DNA from: the human T2T-CHM13v2.0 reference genome, Homo sapiens
Direction: 5' to 3' (one strand)
DNA length: 64,000 bases
Assembly (NCBI RefSeq): GCF_009914755.1
Contig: NC_060925.1
How positions within the stretch are numbered: the stretch's first letter is position 1; each line of letters starts with the position of its first letter. The position numbers and the translations under genes were made by a program. The notes under the pieces were generated by a model that searched no databases, was not told the origin of the DNA, and worked only from the letters and a program-made list of their open reading frames with translations. Positions 37,980 through 52,177 of the stretch are shown here, piece by piece.

Positions 37980-40764
37980 TCAAGCCACAAGTAAGAGAGA
38001 ACTATAGATTGCCTCCATGTCCAAAATGGTGAATCAAGGCCGGACACAGTGGCTCACGCCCGTAACCCCAGCACTGTGGGAGGCTGAGTTGGATGGATCA
38101 CTTGAGGTCAGGAATTTGAGACCAGCCAGAGCATGGCGGCACACGCTTGTAATTTCTGCTACTCAGGAGGCTGAGGCACAAGAATTGCTTGAACCCAGGA
38201 GGCAGAGGTTTCAGTGAGCCGAGATTGCACCACTATACTCTAGCCTGAGTGACAGAGTGAGACTGCCTCAAAAAAACAAAAACAAAAATGGTGACTCATC
38301 TTCTTATCTCCATTTTACAGATGGGGAAACTGATGTTACAGAGAGGAAGTAACATGTCCAAAGTTTTCTAGCTAATGAGTAGTGGACTGAGATTCAATCC
38401 TGGACCCCTTTACCTCCTAAGACCATTTCCTTGTTCTTCTATACAGCATTATCTCCTGATGTAAATGTTAACATAAATGAAACCTAATTTCAAAGATTTA
38501 TTTTTGGAGCTGGAACTAACAAAACATTCCAAAATCAATTAGCAGCATATTTTTACACTTTTCCTCTATTTTTACACATGAGGACGAAGAGGTCGTGTGA
38601 GCAACCATAAACACGTATTGAATCTTTGGATCAGCTACCATCCTTCACCTTTAAGGTTTTATTTTCAATAAATAAAGAACAGAGACTTAGCCTGGCAATA
38701 AGTGTGCCTGAAAAATGCTGGTTGGGATAGGAAGTGTTTAAGTAATGAATTAAATCGTGACTTGCTGTGTCAAGGTCTATATTAAAGAGAAACATAAAGG
38801 AACATGTGCTTTTGAGAGAAACAGGGCCAGGGTGTGATTTTTCCAAATGCTTTAAGAGCTGTGGTTTCATGTAAGTGTTACTCGCAAGCTGCCCACAAAT
38901 GCTGCCACCCGGGCTTCCTGTGCCGGGTCTCCCTGGAAAGCCTGAACGAGCTTTGGCACTGAAAATGATCTTGTCCAGGGCCAAGAATTTAACACAATTA
39001 AATTTCTCCCTCTTGACTGAGAGGCCTGAAACCTAAAGCTGCAGAAAGGCGGGAAGGAAAGAGAAGTATGAAGGCGAGAGCCCACTACTAGCTCATGGTA
39101 GAGGAGTAAATTTCGCCTCCACTCCTGCCTTCCAAGAGCCAGCATCCGGCCAGACGTTTAGTTTCCCTCTTTGTCTTTCCAGACGAGGACAAAGTGCATG
39201 CCACTATCTGGTTCTTTCAAGTCTCTAAGAGTCTCTGCCAGATGCTTGGGTTGATATTTTGAAGCAGTAAAAAAGAAAGAAAAGCAGAGAGAGAGGTGAC
39301 TAATTCTGTGGAGAATGTTTGCTCTTAACATTCTTCTCTAAATATTTGGGTTATTGAAAGGATCTAACAATATCTTATTTTATAAAGAAGCAGAAAAACA
39401 GTGATGGCTGGGCCCAGTGGCTCATGCCTGTAATCTCAGCACTTTAGGAGGCTGAGGTAGGATTGCTTGAGGTCAGGAGTTCAAGACCAGTCAGGACAAC
39501 ATAGGGAGACTCCATCTTTACAAAAAATAAAAAATTAGCTGGCCATGGTTAATCCTGGTTAGCACACCTGTAGTCCCAGCTACTTGGGAGGCTGAAGTGG
39601 GAGAATGACTTGAGTCTGGGAGGTCAAGGCTGCAGTGAGCCCACCACTGCACTCCAGCTTGGGCAACAGAGCGAGACTTTGTCTCAAACAAAGAAACAAA
39701 CAAACAAACAGACAGACAAAACAGTGACTCTGAAATCAGAACTAGATTCCTAACCAGCTCTCTTATTTACTGGCTGTGAGCTTTAACCAAGCCATTTATG
39801 TGAAGATGTGGTATTTTTATCTGTGAAACGTGAATACTAATACAATACAAAGTACCTCATGCAGCTTAATAAAGAAGAACTACTTTTATTATTATAACTG
39901 TAATGAAACTATGTCCTTATTCTGTTGTATTCTGATAAGGATTTCCTTTTGAGATCATAAGCTCAGGGACTCATCTATGAGGAGGGGTGGTGTCTTCCAT
40001 GAAGGGCTGGATATTTTTGATGATGATCATTCAGGGAAGGCATGTACCCTCAGTTAGGAAACTGAAATTAGACCAGAGAACTACCTCCCTCCCTCTCACT
40101 GTCCTGCATCTACAGCTCAAGGAATCCAGATACCCTTACAGGCCCTCCTGAATAGCAAGGTGGAAACAAGGAAGGGGCCACAAGCTGAAGATGATAAGCT
40201 GTACGGTGTAAACCAGATCGCATGTCATACAGGCAGCAGATTACAGCAGTGAAGGGTAGAAACCCTGAAGTCAGAACATCTCCCGTTGTGCATTTGAAGC
40301 ATTAGAAAAGCAAACTCTCCTAGTGGAAGGTGAATTTCAGGACAGAAGGTGGGGTTTGGCGTCTGAGTGCTTCTGCCCAGGTGGAATGGGGCTTATTTCA
40401 GTAGATTTCCTTGCAAGTCCTTTAAACTTCTCGAAGCTTTCAGTTACATCTATTGCGCCTCGTGAAAACTCTAAAATAGGAAGTTTGGACATTGTTACTT
40501 CTATTTTTATGAGTTAATAAGTTTTAAAGAGATTACATGACTCGCCCAGGATCATGAGATTAGTAAATGGCAATGCCCAAGGAAAATCCAGTTTTTTTAA
40601 AAAAAAATTATTCCCAGTCCAGATTTCAATTATCTCCATATTAGGAAAGTAAACGGGCATGAAGGATTTTTAAACTATCATTTTGCATTATTCCCACCAC
40701 TTACCCTTTCCACTTCACTCACATCTTAGGTAACTGAGTCAACTGCATTCAAAAGAAACATTTT

Positions 40765-40953
40765 TGGGGGGAGAGGGGAGGGATAGCATTAGGAGATATA
40801 CCGAATGTAAACGACGAGTTAATGGGTCCAGCACACCAACATGGCACATATATACATACGTAACAAACCTGCACGTTGTGCACATGTATCCTAGAACTTA
40901 AAGTATGATTAAAAAAAAGTAAAAATAAGTAAATAAATAAATTCCTTTAAACA
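40765..40953 (+). mobile_element. 5'-truncated L1PA 3' end with TSD
   Basis: GGGAGGGATAGCATTAGGAGATATACC...CTAGAACTTAAAGTAT plus A tail; TSD AAAAGAAACATTTT at 40751-40764 and 40954-40967. Confidence 0.92.
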
Positions 40954-41301
40954 AAAAGAAACATTTTCTGTGTTCCTCACGGACACATCACTGATGGCTG
41001 TCTGAACAGATTCAACTCACTATAAATTCAAGCATGCAAAAGGACATAACCTGTACATATCCACCTGGCTCCATAGAGTAATTAAGCAAATAAGTGTCAT
41101 TGTCTAAAACTATGTGCTTGCTTTTCTGATTTAGCCCTAAGTTTATATATCCATGAGTGGGATCAAAAACGATTTTCCGATTCTAAATTTCTGAAAATCA
41201 CGATGAGATGTTTAAGTGAAAAAATGCTTTGGCAGCATACAATATTACAAGTTACTCAAGTATTACAAGTTAACAAGTTACTCAAGCTATAGCTCAGAAG
41301 C

Positions 41302-41485
41302 CATATACATATATATGTGTATATATGTAGATGTATATATGTATATATACACATATATGTAGAGTATACATATACGTAGATGTATATATACTCTACATAT
41401 ATGTATACGTATACATATACGTATATGTATACGTATATGTATATATACATCTATCTATCTATCTATCTATCTATATATATATATT
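41302..41485. repeat. (TA/CA/TAC)-rich quasi-palindromic microsatellite plus (CTAT)n at an Alu tail
   Basis: Directly visible alternating purine-pyrimidine AT-rich tract. Confidence 0.95.
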
Positions 41486-42424
41486 TTTTAAGATGGAGTC
41501 TTGCTCTGTCACCCAGGCTGGAGTGCAATGCCATGATCTTGGCTCACTGCAACCTCTGCCTCCTGGGTTCAAGTGATTCTTCTGCCTCAGCCTCCTGAGT
41601 AGCTAGGACTACAGGCTTGCAGCACTATGCCCACCTAATGTTTGTACTTTTAGTAGAGACGGGGTTACACCATATTGGCCAGGTTGGTCTCGAACTCCTG
41701 GCCTCGTGATCTGCCCACCTCGGCCTCCCAAAGTGCTGGGTATACAGGCATGAGCCACCGTGCCCGGCCGCAAAATATATTCTGAGGAATAAAAATGATT
41801 GTAGTTAGTTTTCCACAGTCCAAAGCAAGCTAATAATATTTAAAGAGTTAAAAGTGTAATATAATCATCGGTCATGTTTCTACAACCAAAGAGAGTTGAA
41901 AGGAGTCAAATATCAGCATAATGCAGATAATGTACTCACTGGCATTGTGGGCCTTTATTATTTGGATAATCATTTTCACCTTGTGGAGACTTTTCCAGAA
42001 GTATATACTTTTATGCCTAATCAGCAAATTAGGCAGTTGAAAAGTATGTATGAAGCAGCTAATATGTGCCCCAATTAGGCTAGGTAGTGTGGGTATATAA
42101 AAAGGGTTTATAAAGGGGGAGGCTCCTATTCAAACCTTAGTGGGGTCAGGAGATGCGGAAGTTAATTAACATATATTAAATATTTTTTTACTCACCCACA
42201 CCTAGAGAAACAGTACTGTTTTAAATGTGCTGTAGGAGTTCAGAGAAATACTGATTAATGTGGTTTGGAATAAATTAAATAATAAAAAGCTTTGCTGAAT
42301 ACAGTTAGTTTAAAAAATATAAAAATATAGGGGGATTTGCAGAGAAATCTGTTCAACTCTTAAAATAATTTTTAATTTATATATGTTTATATAAGAATTC
42401 CATTTTATTAACATGAAATACTAG

Positions 42425-42637
<213 letters not shown>

Positions 42638-44254
42638 TAACTCATGACCTGAAGTGATCCACCCGCTTCAGCCTCCCAAAGTGCTGAGATTATGCGTGAG
42701 CCACCGCGCCTGGCCCAGTACTTTTACTGATGAAAAATGTAATGTAAAAGGAAGGTCTGTCTTACATACAATAAGTGCTGAATCTGGGTCTTTTTTAAAA
42801 AAAGTCTTTGAGAAGACTTACTCCTTTCTTAAGTTTTAAGACATTTATTATTGCAAACAGAAAAATTGTACTAGATACCGGGGATATATAAACGAATAAT
42901 GCCGTTTCTGTCTTCAAGATCTTACTGTTTGGTAGGTGGAAATAAAGTGAACGAACGAAGGCACTGCAAATCAATGTGGGAGGCTCTATAAGCATGGGGC
43001 CACAGAGGAAAAGGCTGAGAGGGAAAGCTTCAATGACTAGGTGACTTCAAAAAGGTCATCCTGGCCAGGCACAGTGGCTCACACCTGTAATCCCAGAACT
43101 TTGGGAGGGCCAGGCAGGCGGCAGATCGCTTGAGCTCAGGAGTTTGAGAGCAGCCTGGGCAACATGGGGAAACTCTGTCTCTACAAAAAATACAAAAACT
43201 AGCCAGACATGGTGGCGCGCGCCGCTCCTCCCAGCTACTTGGGAGGTTGCGGTGGGAGGGTCACTTGAGACCGGATGGCGGAAGTTGCAGTGAGCAGAGA
43301 TCACACCACTGCACTCCATCCTGGACGACAGAGCGAGACCCTGTCTCGAAAAACAAAAGACAAAAACAAAAACAAAGGTCATCCTGCAGGACAACCAGGA
43401 GGGCACAAATGTGTGTCTGTGGGAAGCTGAAATGTTGGCGGGGGAAAAAAGCAGGGAAAGGCATTCCAGAAAAAGGAAACTGTAAACAGCACACGAAAAA
43501 GCATAGTGAATGAATAGGAAGCCTGAGACCAAACTTAGGGTTTCCTACACTTATTTCAAAGCCCTTCATTATCTATATGGAAAGGGGGAGTCTTTAAACA
43601 CAAATATTTAGATCATATTGACTGAGATTTAGATATAAATGAATGCTAATAATTACTTTTCGTTATTTTGGGGTGTTAAACATTTACTGTACAAGATTGT
43701 ATTCGTTTTAAGTATCTTCTAACATGAGCCATTTTGTAATGATTCAGTTGTTTATATTCAATTTCAAGTAGAATGCTGATCACAGCGCCAAATGGGTATC
43801 TTCTACAGAAAAAGTTATTTTAATAAAGAAAAATATAGTCAGTTTTAGGATTTCCTGAGAGATTATAGAAACAATAAAAGCATTAAAACTGTTAAGTCAT
43901 TAAATACGAGTACCTTGTATTTTGAAGGCTCTTAAAATTTAGTTTATAAATTGCTTTTACATAACATATGCACTGAAATACCACTTAAGATTAGTTTTGA
44001 AAATAGGTGTTCGTTTCAACCACATCATTAGGTATTTTATTCAAAGCTCTTTATAAAAAGAGCTTTACTATGTTCCAGTATAGTAAACTTATCCAGAAAA
44101 TAAGACAAAAATTTAACTTCATGCTATAGCTGCAAAGTTTTCGGAAAGCGGGATTTAAAACTTCCATTGTAACTTTAACTAGCGGTCATGTCAAATTTCA
44201 CAACTAAGAACATTTTAACGCATGTAATACTGAGCACAACATGGGCACGTTTTT

Positions 44255-44268
44255 GTTGCTATGAGAAC
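44255..44268 (+). promoter_or_regulatory. Candidate RFX X-box GTTGCTATGAGAAC
   Basis: 11/14 match to GTTGCCATGGCAAC at the upstream edge of the island. Confidence 0.4.
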
Positions 44269-45054
44269 CTTCTATTTTGTATTAGACATTGCAGCCTTGA
44301 CGACGCAATGTTTGTGCTATTTTGCGCATGTTTTCCTGCAGCTATTCCTCTCCTCTAGCAATAGTCGAATGGCTCTGGTTTCCTCTTGCGCCCGGCCCAG
44401 TTTTTCCGTTTTAGCTTCGGTTGTCATAGGCTGTGCTGTCGCTTTCTCTGGGAAAGGACGGTGAAGACTGGACGGGAGAAACCGGGAGGGCAGGCGCGGC
44501 CGTTCTGCAGCAGCCGGGCCGCTTCCCGGCGGGAGGCGGGCTGCGAATGGGAAGCGGGAGGAGGAGGCCGGGCCGCGGGCTGGTTCTATCACCCCCTTGG
44601 GAGCCCAGCTCTTCACCTAGCTCTCCGGCGCTTTTCAAAATCTGCAGTTAACAACAAAAATCGAGCAACGCCACGTCGCACAAACAGGACAGGAGGGGGC
44701 GAGGGGTGTGTGCGCGCGCGTGCTGTCCCCAAATGGATGAGAAATAAGGGAAAGGAGGGGTTGGGGACCGTGTGATGAAGCAACATGCTAGGCCCGGGAC
44801 AAGTCCGGCTCCGGCCTCGGGTCTGGAGGGACAAGGCCGGGGGCCGGGGGGCAGACGGGGCCTCTGGTCTTCCCCCAGCGCGAGGGTCGTGGCGCGAAGC
44901 GGGGACAGGGCGCGCTCGGAGCCTCCTCCCCGCCCCGCCCCGCCCAAGGGTCTTCCTCCCCCGGGATTCAGAGCGGCCCCTCCTCCCCTCCAGGCCAGGC
45001 TCGCCGCGGGGCGCTGAGCAGGCCCGGACACCGCGGCCGAGGTTATCGTTAGGC

Positions 45055-45068
45055 ATCTCCCAGGCGAC
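45055..45068 (-). promoter_or_regulatory. Candidate RFX X-box (GTCGCCTGGGAGAT on the minus strand)
   Basis: Resembles the GTYNCC-NN-GGARAC X-box type; 15 bp upstream of the ATG of a motile-cilia gene. Confidence 0.45.
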
Positions 45069-45083
45069 CGGCTCCGCAGCAAG

Positions 45084-45108
45084 ATGGCGGACGAGAAGGA
45101 CAGGGAAG
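45084..45108 (+). CDS. EFCAB2: First coding exon of EF-hand calcium-binding domain protein 2 / dynein regulatory complex subunit 8 (MADEKDRE + 1 nt, phase-1 intron follows)
   Basis: AAGATGGCGG strong Kozak context within a CpG island; ATG GCG GAC GAG AAG GAC AGG GAA G followed by canonical donor GTAAGG at 45109. The peptide matches my recollection of the EFCAB2 N-terminus (MADEKDREEIIVAEF...). Exon 2 is not seen in the window. Confidence 0.85.
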
Positions 45109-47347
45109 GTAAGGTAGGGGAGCCGGGGAGCCGCTGCCCTCGCCGCCCGCCGCGACCCCGGGCTGCACGGGGAAGCGCCGGGTGGGGTGGGCCCTCGTCC
45201 ATCTGGAGTTCCCACCCGCAGGGAAAGGGCGGCCTGAGGAGGGGGCCACCCGGCAGCAGCAGTCGCCCTGCCCCCGTCCCCGTAGCCCGCCCGGCCCGCC
45301 GCTCCGCCCCGCCCCGCCTCTCTCCCGTCTTCCCTCCCTCTTCTCTCTCCCCTCCTCCCGCCTTCTTCTTTCTCCTCCCGCCCTCTTCACCCTCTTCCCC
45401 TCCTCCCGCCCCGTCCTCCTTCCCCTCCCTCGGAGGCCGGGCCTTGCCTCCTGCGCGGGCTGCGCCGGAGGCGCCGGCAGGGGGTGCTGATAATGGCGTC
45501 GTTGTTCACGGTCGCGGGGAAGCCGCCGCCGCCTCCACACTCTCGCCTGGGGTCTCGGTGCCGCAGGCGCCACGCCCGTAGCTGTCCAGGCTGTGGGCCC
45601 CGGGGGGTGGCCTGGGTGAGGAGGAGTTCTGGCCGCCTGAATCTGACGGGATCCTCTGTTTGCGCCGAAACCCCGCGCTGGCGCAGCCTGATGGCGTTCG
45701 CGGCCACCATTTTGCCTCCTTAATGAGGACGCAGGAGGACGGTCTGGAGGTCACAGCCGCTGCCTCCGAGCTTCCCGGTCCTCCGAAATGCCTGCCCCGC
45801 CGCCGGCTAGCGCCGCGCAATTGGCCTAGTGTCTTGTCTTAAAAAAAAAAAAAGACACACACCCAAACAGCAATTTTAATAACGACGAAAAACCAAAACC
45901 TGGTTGAGATCTTGGAACCGCTGTGCGCCGGCCGGGCCTCTCCCAGGGGACCACCCAGCCCCGCGCGGTGGCCGCCTGCAGAGGCGGGACTGCGCTTCGA
46001 GGCTTAAGGTCGCCAGATCGGAGGCATCGATGTGTTGTCTGTGCGGAGAAGCCAAAAAGTGATTACGTTTATTTGCAAGACCGTTCATGTTGTTTTCAGT
46101 TCATGGTATGATTAAAACCCGATCCTTTGTTACCATGCCCTTAGGTACGAAAAAATAATTGTGTTTGATAGTTGGCAGTCACCCAAAAATATCCAAAAAG
46201 CCATGAAACAGTAAAGGTAAACAAGTAGGAAGTGAAAATAATATTCGTCCTTTGTTTTCTTTCTGGAGTGCTCAAAACACCCTCTCAAACCATTTTTCTC
46301 AGCATAGAACCAAGTGTGGTCAGGTTAACAGCTAATATTTACAAGGGAAGAAACGAACCCTGAGATATTTAGTCACTTGTTCCGGTGATCACAGAAAATC
46401 GGCGAAGAAACACATGAAACTGCCAACGATCTCTCTATTGATAACAAGGATACCGTGATTTTTATGTAATATTAATCTGAGAAGCCAGGATTATTTTGTA
46501 GGTATTAGCTTTACGAAGATGCCCTTACATACAAAGAAAAGGATAATTTTAAAACTTTCCCAGAAAAATGGATGGCTTATTTTTGTTCTTTACCAAAAAA
46601 AAAAAAAAAAAAAGCCATTAGGAGATAAACTAGCAAGGTAATTATGGATATTTATTTTCTTAAAAAAGACTTGGTTAGATCAGCATGAGAAAAAACGCAC
46701 TGGAGTATGGTACAAATACAGTATTTCTCGTTTTTTAAAAACTGAGAGCTTTCCTGATTTTTCAGCTTTTGAACAATTTTTTTCCATTTAAAGTAAATTC
46801 AGAGAAACAATTTTGTCGATAACTCATAGAAGTAATGACTGTTAAAAGCTGGATGCCATTCATTCAGAATACATATATTCAATGCCATTATGTAGATAAG
46901 GCATTCTACTTAGAACTTTGAAAGATACGAAAATGAAAGACATTGTCTTTGCTTCCAAGGAAGGTGAGATGAGTAAGGGAGATGAGAAATTTACAAATGG
47001 GAGGAAATAGTTAACTGGGCTGAGTAGTCTGGGTGCCAACCACTGTGCCAGGTGTGTATCCTTGTAGTCCGTGGACAGCAGCCTGGACATCACTGGCTGC
47101 CACCGACCTAATAATGAATCAGTCTTCATTTTAACATGTTTGTAGGTGATTTGTATGTACATTAACTTTCGAGAAGGCCGGGCGCGGTGGCTCACGCCTG
47201 CAATCCCAGCACTTTGGGAGGCTGAGGCGGGCGGATCACGAGGTCAAGAGATCGAGACCATCCTGGCCAACATGGTGAACCCCGTCTCTACTAAAAATAC
47301 AAAAATTAGCTGGGCGTGGTGGCACGCCCTGTAGTCCCAGCTACTCA

Positions 47348-47497
<150 letters not shown>

Positions 47498-49226
47498 TCA
47501 TGTGCTGTATCTCATTTATTGTTAACAGTTTTATGGATTAACTAATTGCAGTTTGTGAAGGGTATTATGAAATAAAGACATTTTGTTAGAGGATAAACTA
47601 AGTAGAGACTCATTTTGGTGGTAAGATCTTTTTATGGAAATAGTCTATTACTATATTTGATTGTCGGCTACTGTATTTTGAATTTTCAGAAATTACGTCT
47701 AACCAATTAATCAGAATTGATTAAGTTTTGAGGATTCACTCAACTAAACTCATAAAAGACTGATGTGCAAACCTGAATGATTTATTAATTTAAATAAGGG
47801 TATATACATTGACTTGAAGGCTGATTTTGCCAATATACTAATATAATAATTTTGGCAATATACTAATAATATACTGTTTTATGGGTACTAAGCTTCGGGT
47901 AGTGTGAATTTGTATTTCAGAAGTCATTTGATGACCGTGGAATCACACAAAAGAAAGGATAATTTTGAAGGATGTGTTCAGTACCCTCTAAGTTCCAAAA
48001 GATCTGGGACCATTTCTGATCTGTTAATACTGAGTGTTGTGCAGAGTGCTTGGAACGTGGTAGGTAATCAATAAATATTTGTTGAATTCAGAACATTTGA
48101 ATTAATCAAAGACAGCTTATGAGATTTTAACCAAAGCATTCCTAGCTATTTTCCCCAAACTTATTCTATACCTAAAAGTGCACAAAACTCGTTTTAGGTC
48201 TCTTTTCCCCTCTGCTTTACCGGTAAGATACATTCTTCTATTCCATCTGGCTCAACAAAACGTTTTATTTCACAGTGCCACGGTATTCACTAGCATGTCT
48301 TTAAAAAACAACTACAAAAAACCTCATTGTAGAAATACACATATGTTTTAAATAGTTCATCCTTAATATTGAGATTTCTAAAAGTTCTAAAGGGGGAATA
48401 AGTTTCAGGGTACCTATCCTATCCACTCTTCTTCAATATTTAGAGATTAACTTTGATAGAAGTATTGAGAATATTGATAAGAAAAATTACCTAAATTAGA
48501 AGGGGCTATTGTGCTCATAAAATTTTTTTCTAAGATTATGTACGTTGAAGTTGTTATACTTATTTGTAGCATTTTTTGCTTTCATACAGTATAATTTATT
48601 TTTTCATAGATTAAAAATTATACAGAATTATATTAGCTAAAAGTTTAACCTTTAGAACCAAATTATTTTTAAAACCACTTTTTTAACTGAAAGAAGAATG
48701 TTTGAAACGGGATGAGAAAAAATATTTTTGAAGGTTTATTATTTTTCCAAAGTTTCCTCAGCCAGAACATTTTTTGTTTTGTTCTTTCTTTTCCTTCTGT
48801 TTTGTCTGTTTAAATGGAGAGTCAATGCAATTGTTGATTCTTTGGCTCCTTAAATCTTATTGTTTCTGTCTCTTAGAGAATTTTATATAGGACTGGAAGG
48901 ATCTTCTGTTTGTAATTAGACTCACGTCTAGGAAACAAACTGCTTAGTTATAAAATTTGAACTTTTGGCAGCCAGTGAGCTTTGGAAAGTAAGAACTTTT
49001 TAGTAAGCTGCAGATATTAAAAGCTCACTCTAGGATTTACTATTTTTGTTTCTATTAAAATATTCTTTGTTACTTTGCGTGCTTTGATAACATTGCTTGA
49101 TAAAGTGCCTCTAATTCAATTATCACCTCCTAAATGGAAGAGGTTTTACAAGGTTTGTTGTTTTGTTTCTGATTTCCTTCATTGTGCCACTCTTTTGAAA
49201 ACCCAACATTTGGAAATATAAAGTAA

Positions 49227-49767
<541 letters not shown>

Positions 49768-50385
49768 TAGCCAGGATGGTCTCGATCTCCTGACCTTGTG
49801 ATCCGCCCACCTCGGCCTCCCAAAGTGCTGGGATTACAGGCGTGAGCCACCACGCCTGGCTCGAACTCTTGAGCTCAAGTGATCTGCCTGCCTTGGCCTC
49901 CCAAAGTGCTGAGATTACAGGCATGAGCCACCCTGCCTGGCCTCATAGTAACTGTCGATAGTATAGAGTGTAGCCTGTGGGACAGTACAAAGGTTGAGCT
50001 TTGAAGTAAGACTTGAATTTGAATTCCGTCTTCCCCAAGCTCTAATTATCTGATCTTAGCCGAGATGCTAAACATAAGTAGCTTCAAGTTCCTCAGATGT
50101 AAAGTGGGGATAATTATACCCCCAATATTTCATAATGTTGTAATGGGGACAATGTTTTCTTATTCATTTTTACATCCCCAGCACCTGCCACAGTGCCTGG
50201 CATCAAAGGAATGCTGAGGCCGGCTCACGCCTGTAATCCTAGCACTTTGAGAGGCCCAGGCAGGTGGATCACTTGAGGTCAGGAGTTCAAAACCAGCCTG
50301 GCCAACATGGTGAAACCCTGTCTCTACTAAAAATACAAAAAATTAGCTGAGTGTGGTGGCGCGTGCCTGTAATCCCAACTACTCA

Positions 50386-50848
<463 letters not shown>

Positions 50849-51197
50849 CTAGATCGCAGCATTGCACTCCAGCCCAGGCAACAGAGCAAGACTCCATCTC
50901 AAAACAAAAAAACAAATAAAACATAAGAGTTAAGAAAACTTTAAGTCTTACCAATTGGGATCATGCATAATGCATTCCTGCATATTTCTGGGGTAATTTA
51001 ATAAGTTTTCTTCCTGTTTTAGACCAATATAAATATCCGGTTAAGACTAAGCAAACAAGAAGACTAGCTTTTTGAAGCCTAATTTGTTTCCTCTTATTCA
51101 GAATAAAAAAAAATTTGAAGAAAAACTGGACTGAAATTTGTTTTTGCTCTGATATATAAAATTTACAGAAATGTCTCAAGAATAGTCATAATTTTAA

Positions 51198-51945
51198 AGA
51201 TCAAATGGACAGTGAGATACTACCTCACGCCTGTTAGGAAGGCTATTATCACCAGAAGTCCCCCAAATAATAAGTATTGGTGAGGATGTGGAGAAACTGG
51301 AACCCTCGTGGACTGTTGGTGGCAATGAGAAATGGTGCAGCTACTATGGAAAGTGGTATGGCGGTTCCTCAGAAAGTTAAAAGTTGAGTTACCATGTGAC
51401 CCAGCAGTTCCACGTGTGGGTATATATCCACAGTAATTGAAAGCAAGGCCTCGAAGAGATATTTGCACAACCATGTTCATAGCACATTGTTCACAGTAGG
51501 TAAAAGGTGGAAGCAAGCCAAGTGTCCATCAGCGGATGAATGAACAAACCAAATGTGGTATATACGTGTAGTGAAATATTATTCAGCCTTCAAAGGAGGA
51601 AATTCTGACACATGCTACCGCTTGAATGAACCTGAAAGACATCATGCTAAGTGAAATAAGCCAGTCAAAAAGACAAATACTCTGTGATTCCACTTACATG
51701 AGGTACCTAGAGAAGTCAAATTCATGGAGACAGAAAGTAGATTGCTGGTTGCCAGGGGCTGTGGGGAGGGGAGAATGGGAAGTTGTTTAAGGAGTGTAGA
51801 GTTCCAGTTCTGCAAGATGAAGAAAGTTCTGGAGATTGGTTGCCCAGCAGTGTGAAGGTACTTAACACTATTGAACTATATGGTTAAAAGTGGTTAATAC
51901 AGTAAGTTTTACATTATGTGTATTTTACCACATTTTAGTAAATAG
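51198..51945 (+). mobile_element. L1MB-like 3' end
   Basis: GTGAGATACTACCTCACGCCTGTTAGG...GAGTTACCATGTGACCCAGCAG...ATTATGTGTATTTTACCACA. Confidence 0.85.
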
Positions 51946-52177
51946 AAAATGTTGAGTACATTCAGAATGAAAGAAATGGTACGTTGTTTTTCAAAGGCAA
52001 TTTGGAAATTTGTATTGAAGAATAAATGATGATGGCTAGGCAAGGTGGCTCACATCTGTAAACTCAGCACTTTGGGAGGCTGAGGTAGGAGGATTACTTG
52101 AGACCAGGAGTTCGAGACCAGCCTGGGCAACATGCTGAGACCTCATCTTTGCTAAAAATAAAATAAATAATAATAAA

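Larger units (their letters stand above)
44380..46040. promoter_or_regulatory. CpG island promoter (TATA-less, probably bidirectional)
   Basis: Abrupt switch to very GC- and CpG-rich sequence in an AT-rich, Alu-free stretch; GC boxes (CCCCGCCCC at ~44927-44945 and ~45304-45317); YY1-type AAGATGGCGG at 45081-45090 and CCATTTTG at ~45707. Confidence 0.92.

Noticed and set aside
40920-40953. Possible L1 3' transduction (TTCCTTT within the tail)
   Set aside because: Too short and A-rich to distinguish from tail decay
45084-45581. 165-aa ORF starting MADEKDRE
   Set aside because: Reads through the GT donor at 45109 into GC-rich intron; only the first 25 nt are credible CDS
44317-46111. Many Pro/Arg/Gly-rich ORFs on both strands of the CpG island
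   Set aside because: Stop-codon scarcity expected from high GC; no recognisable domain
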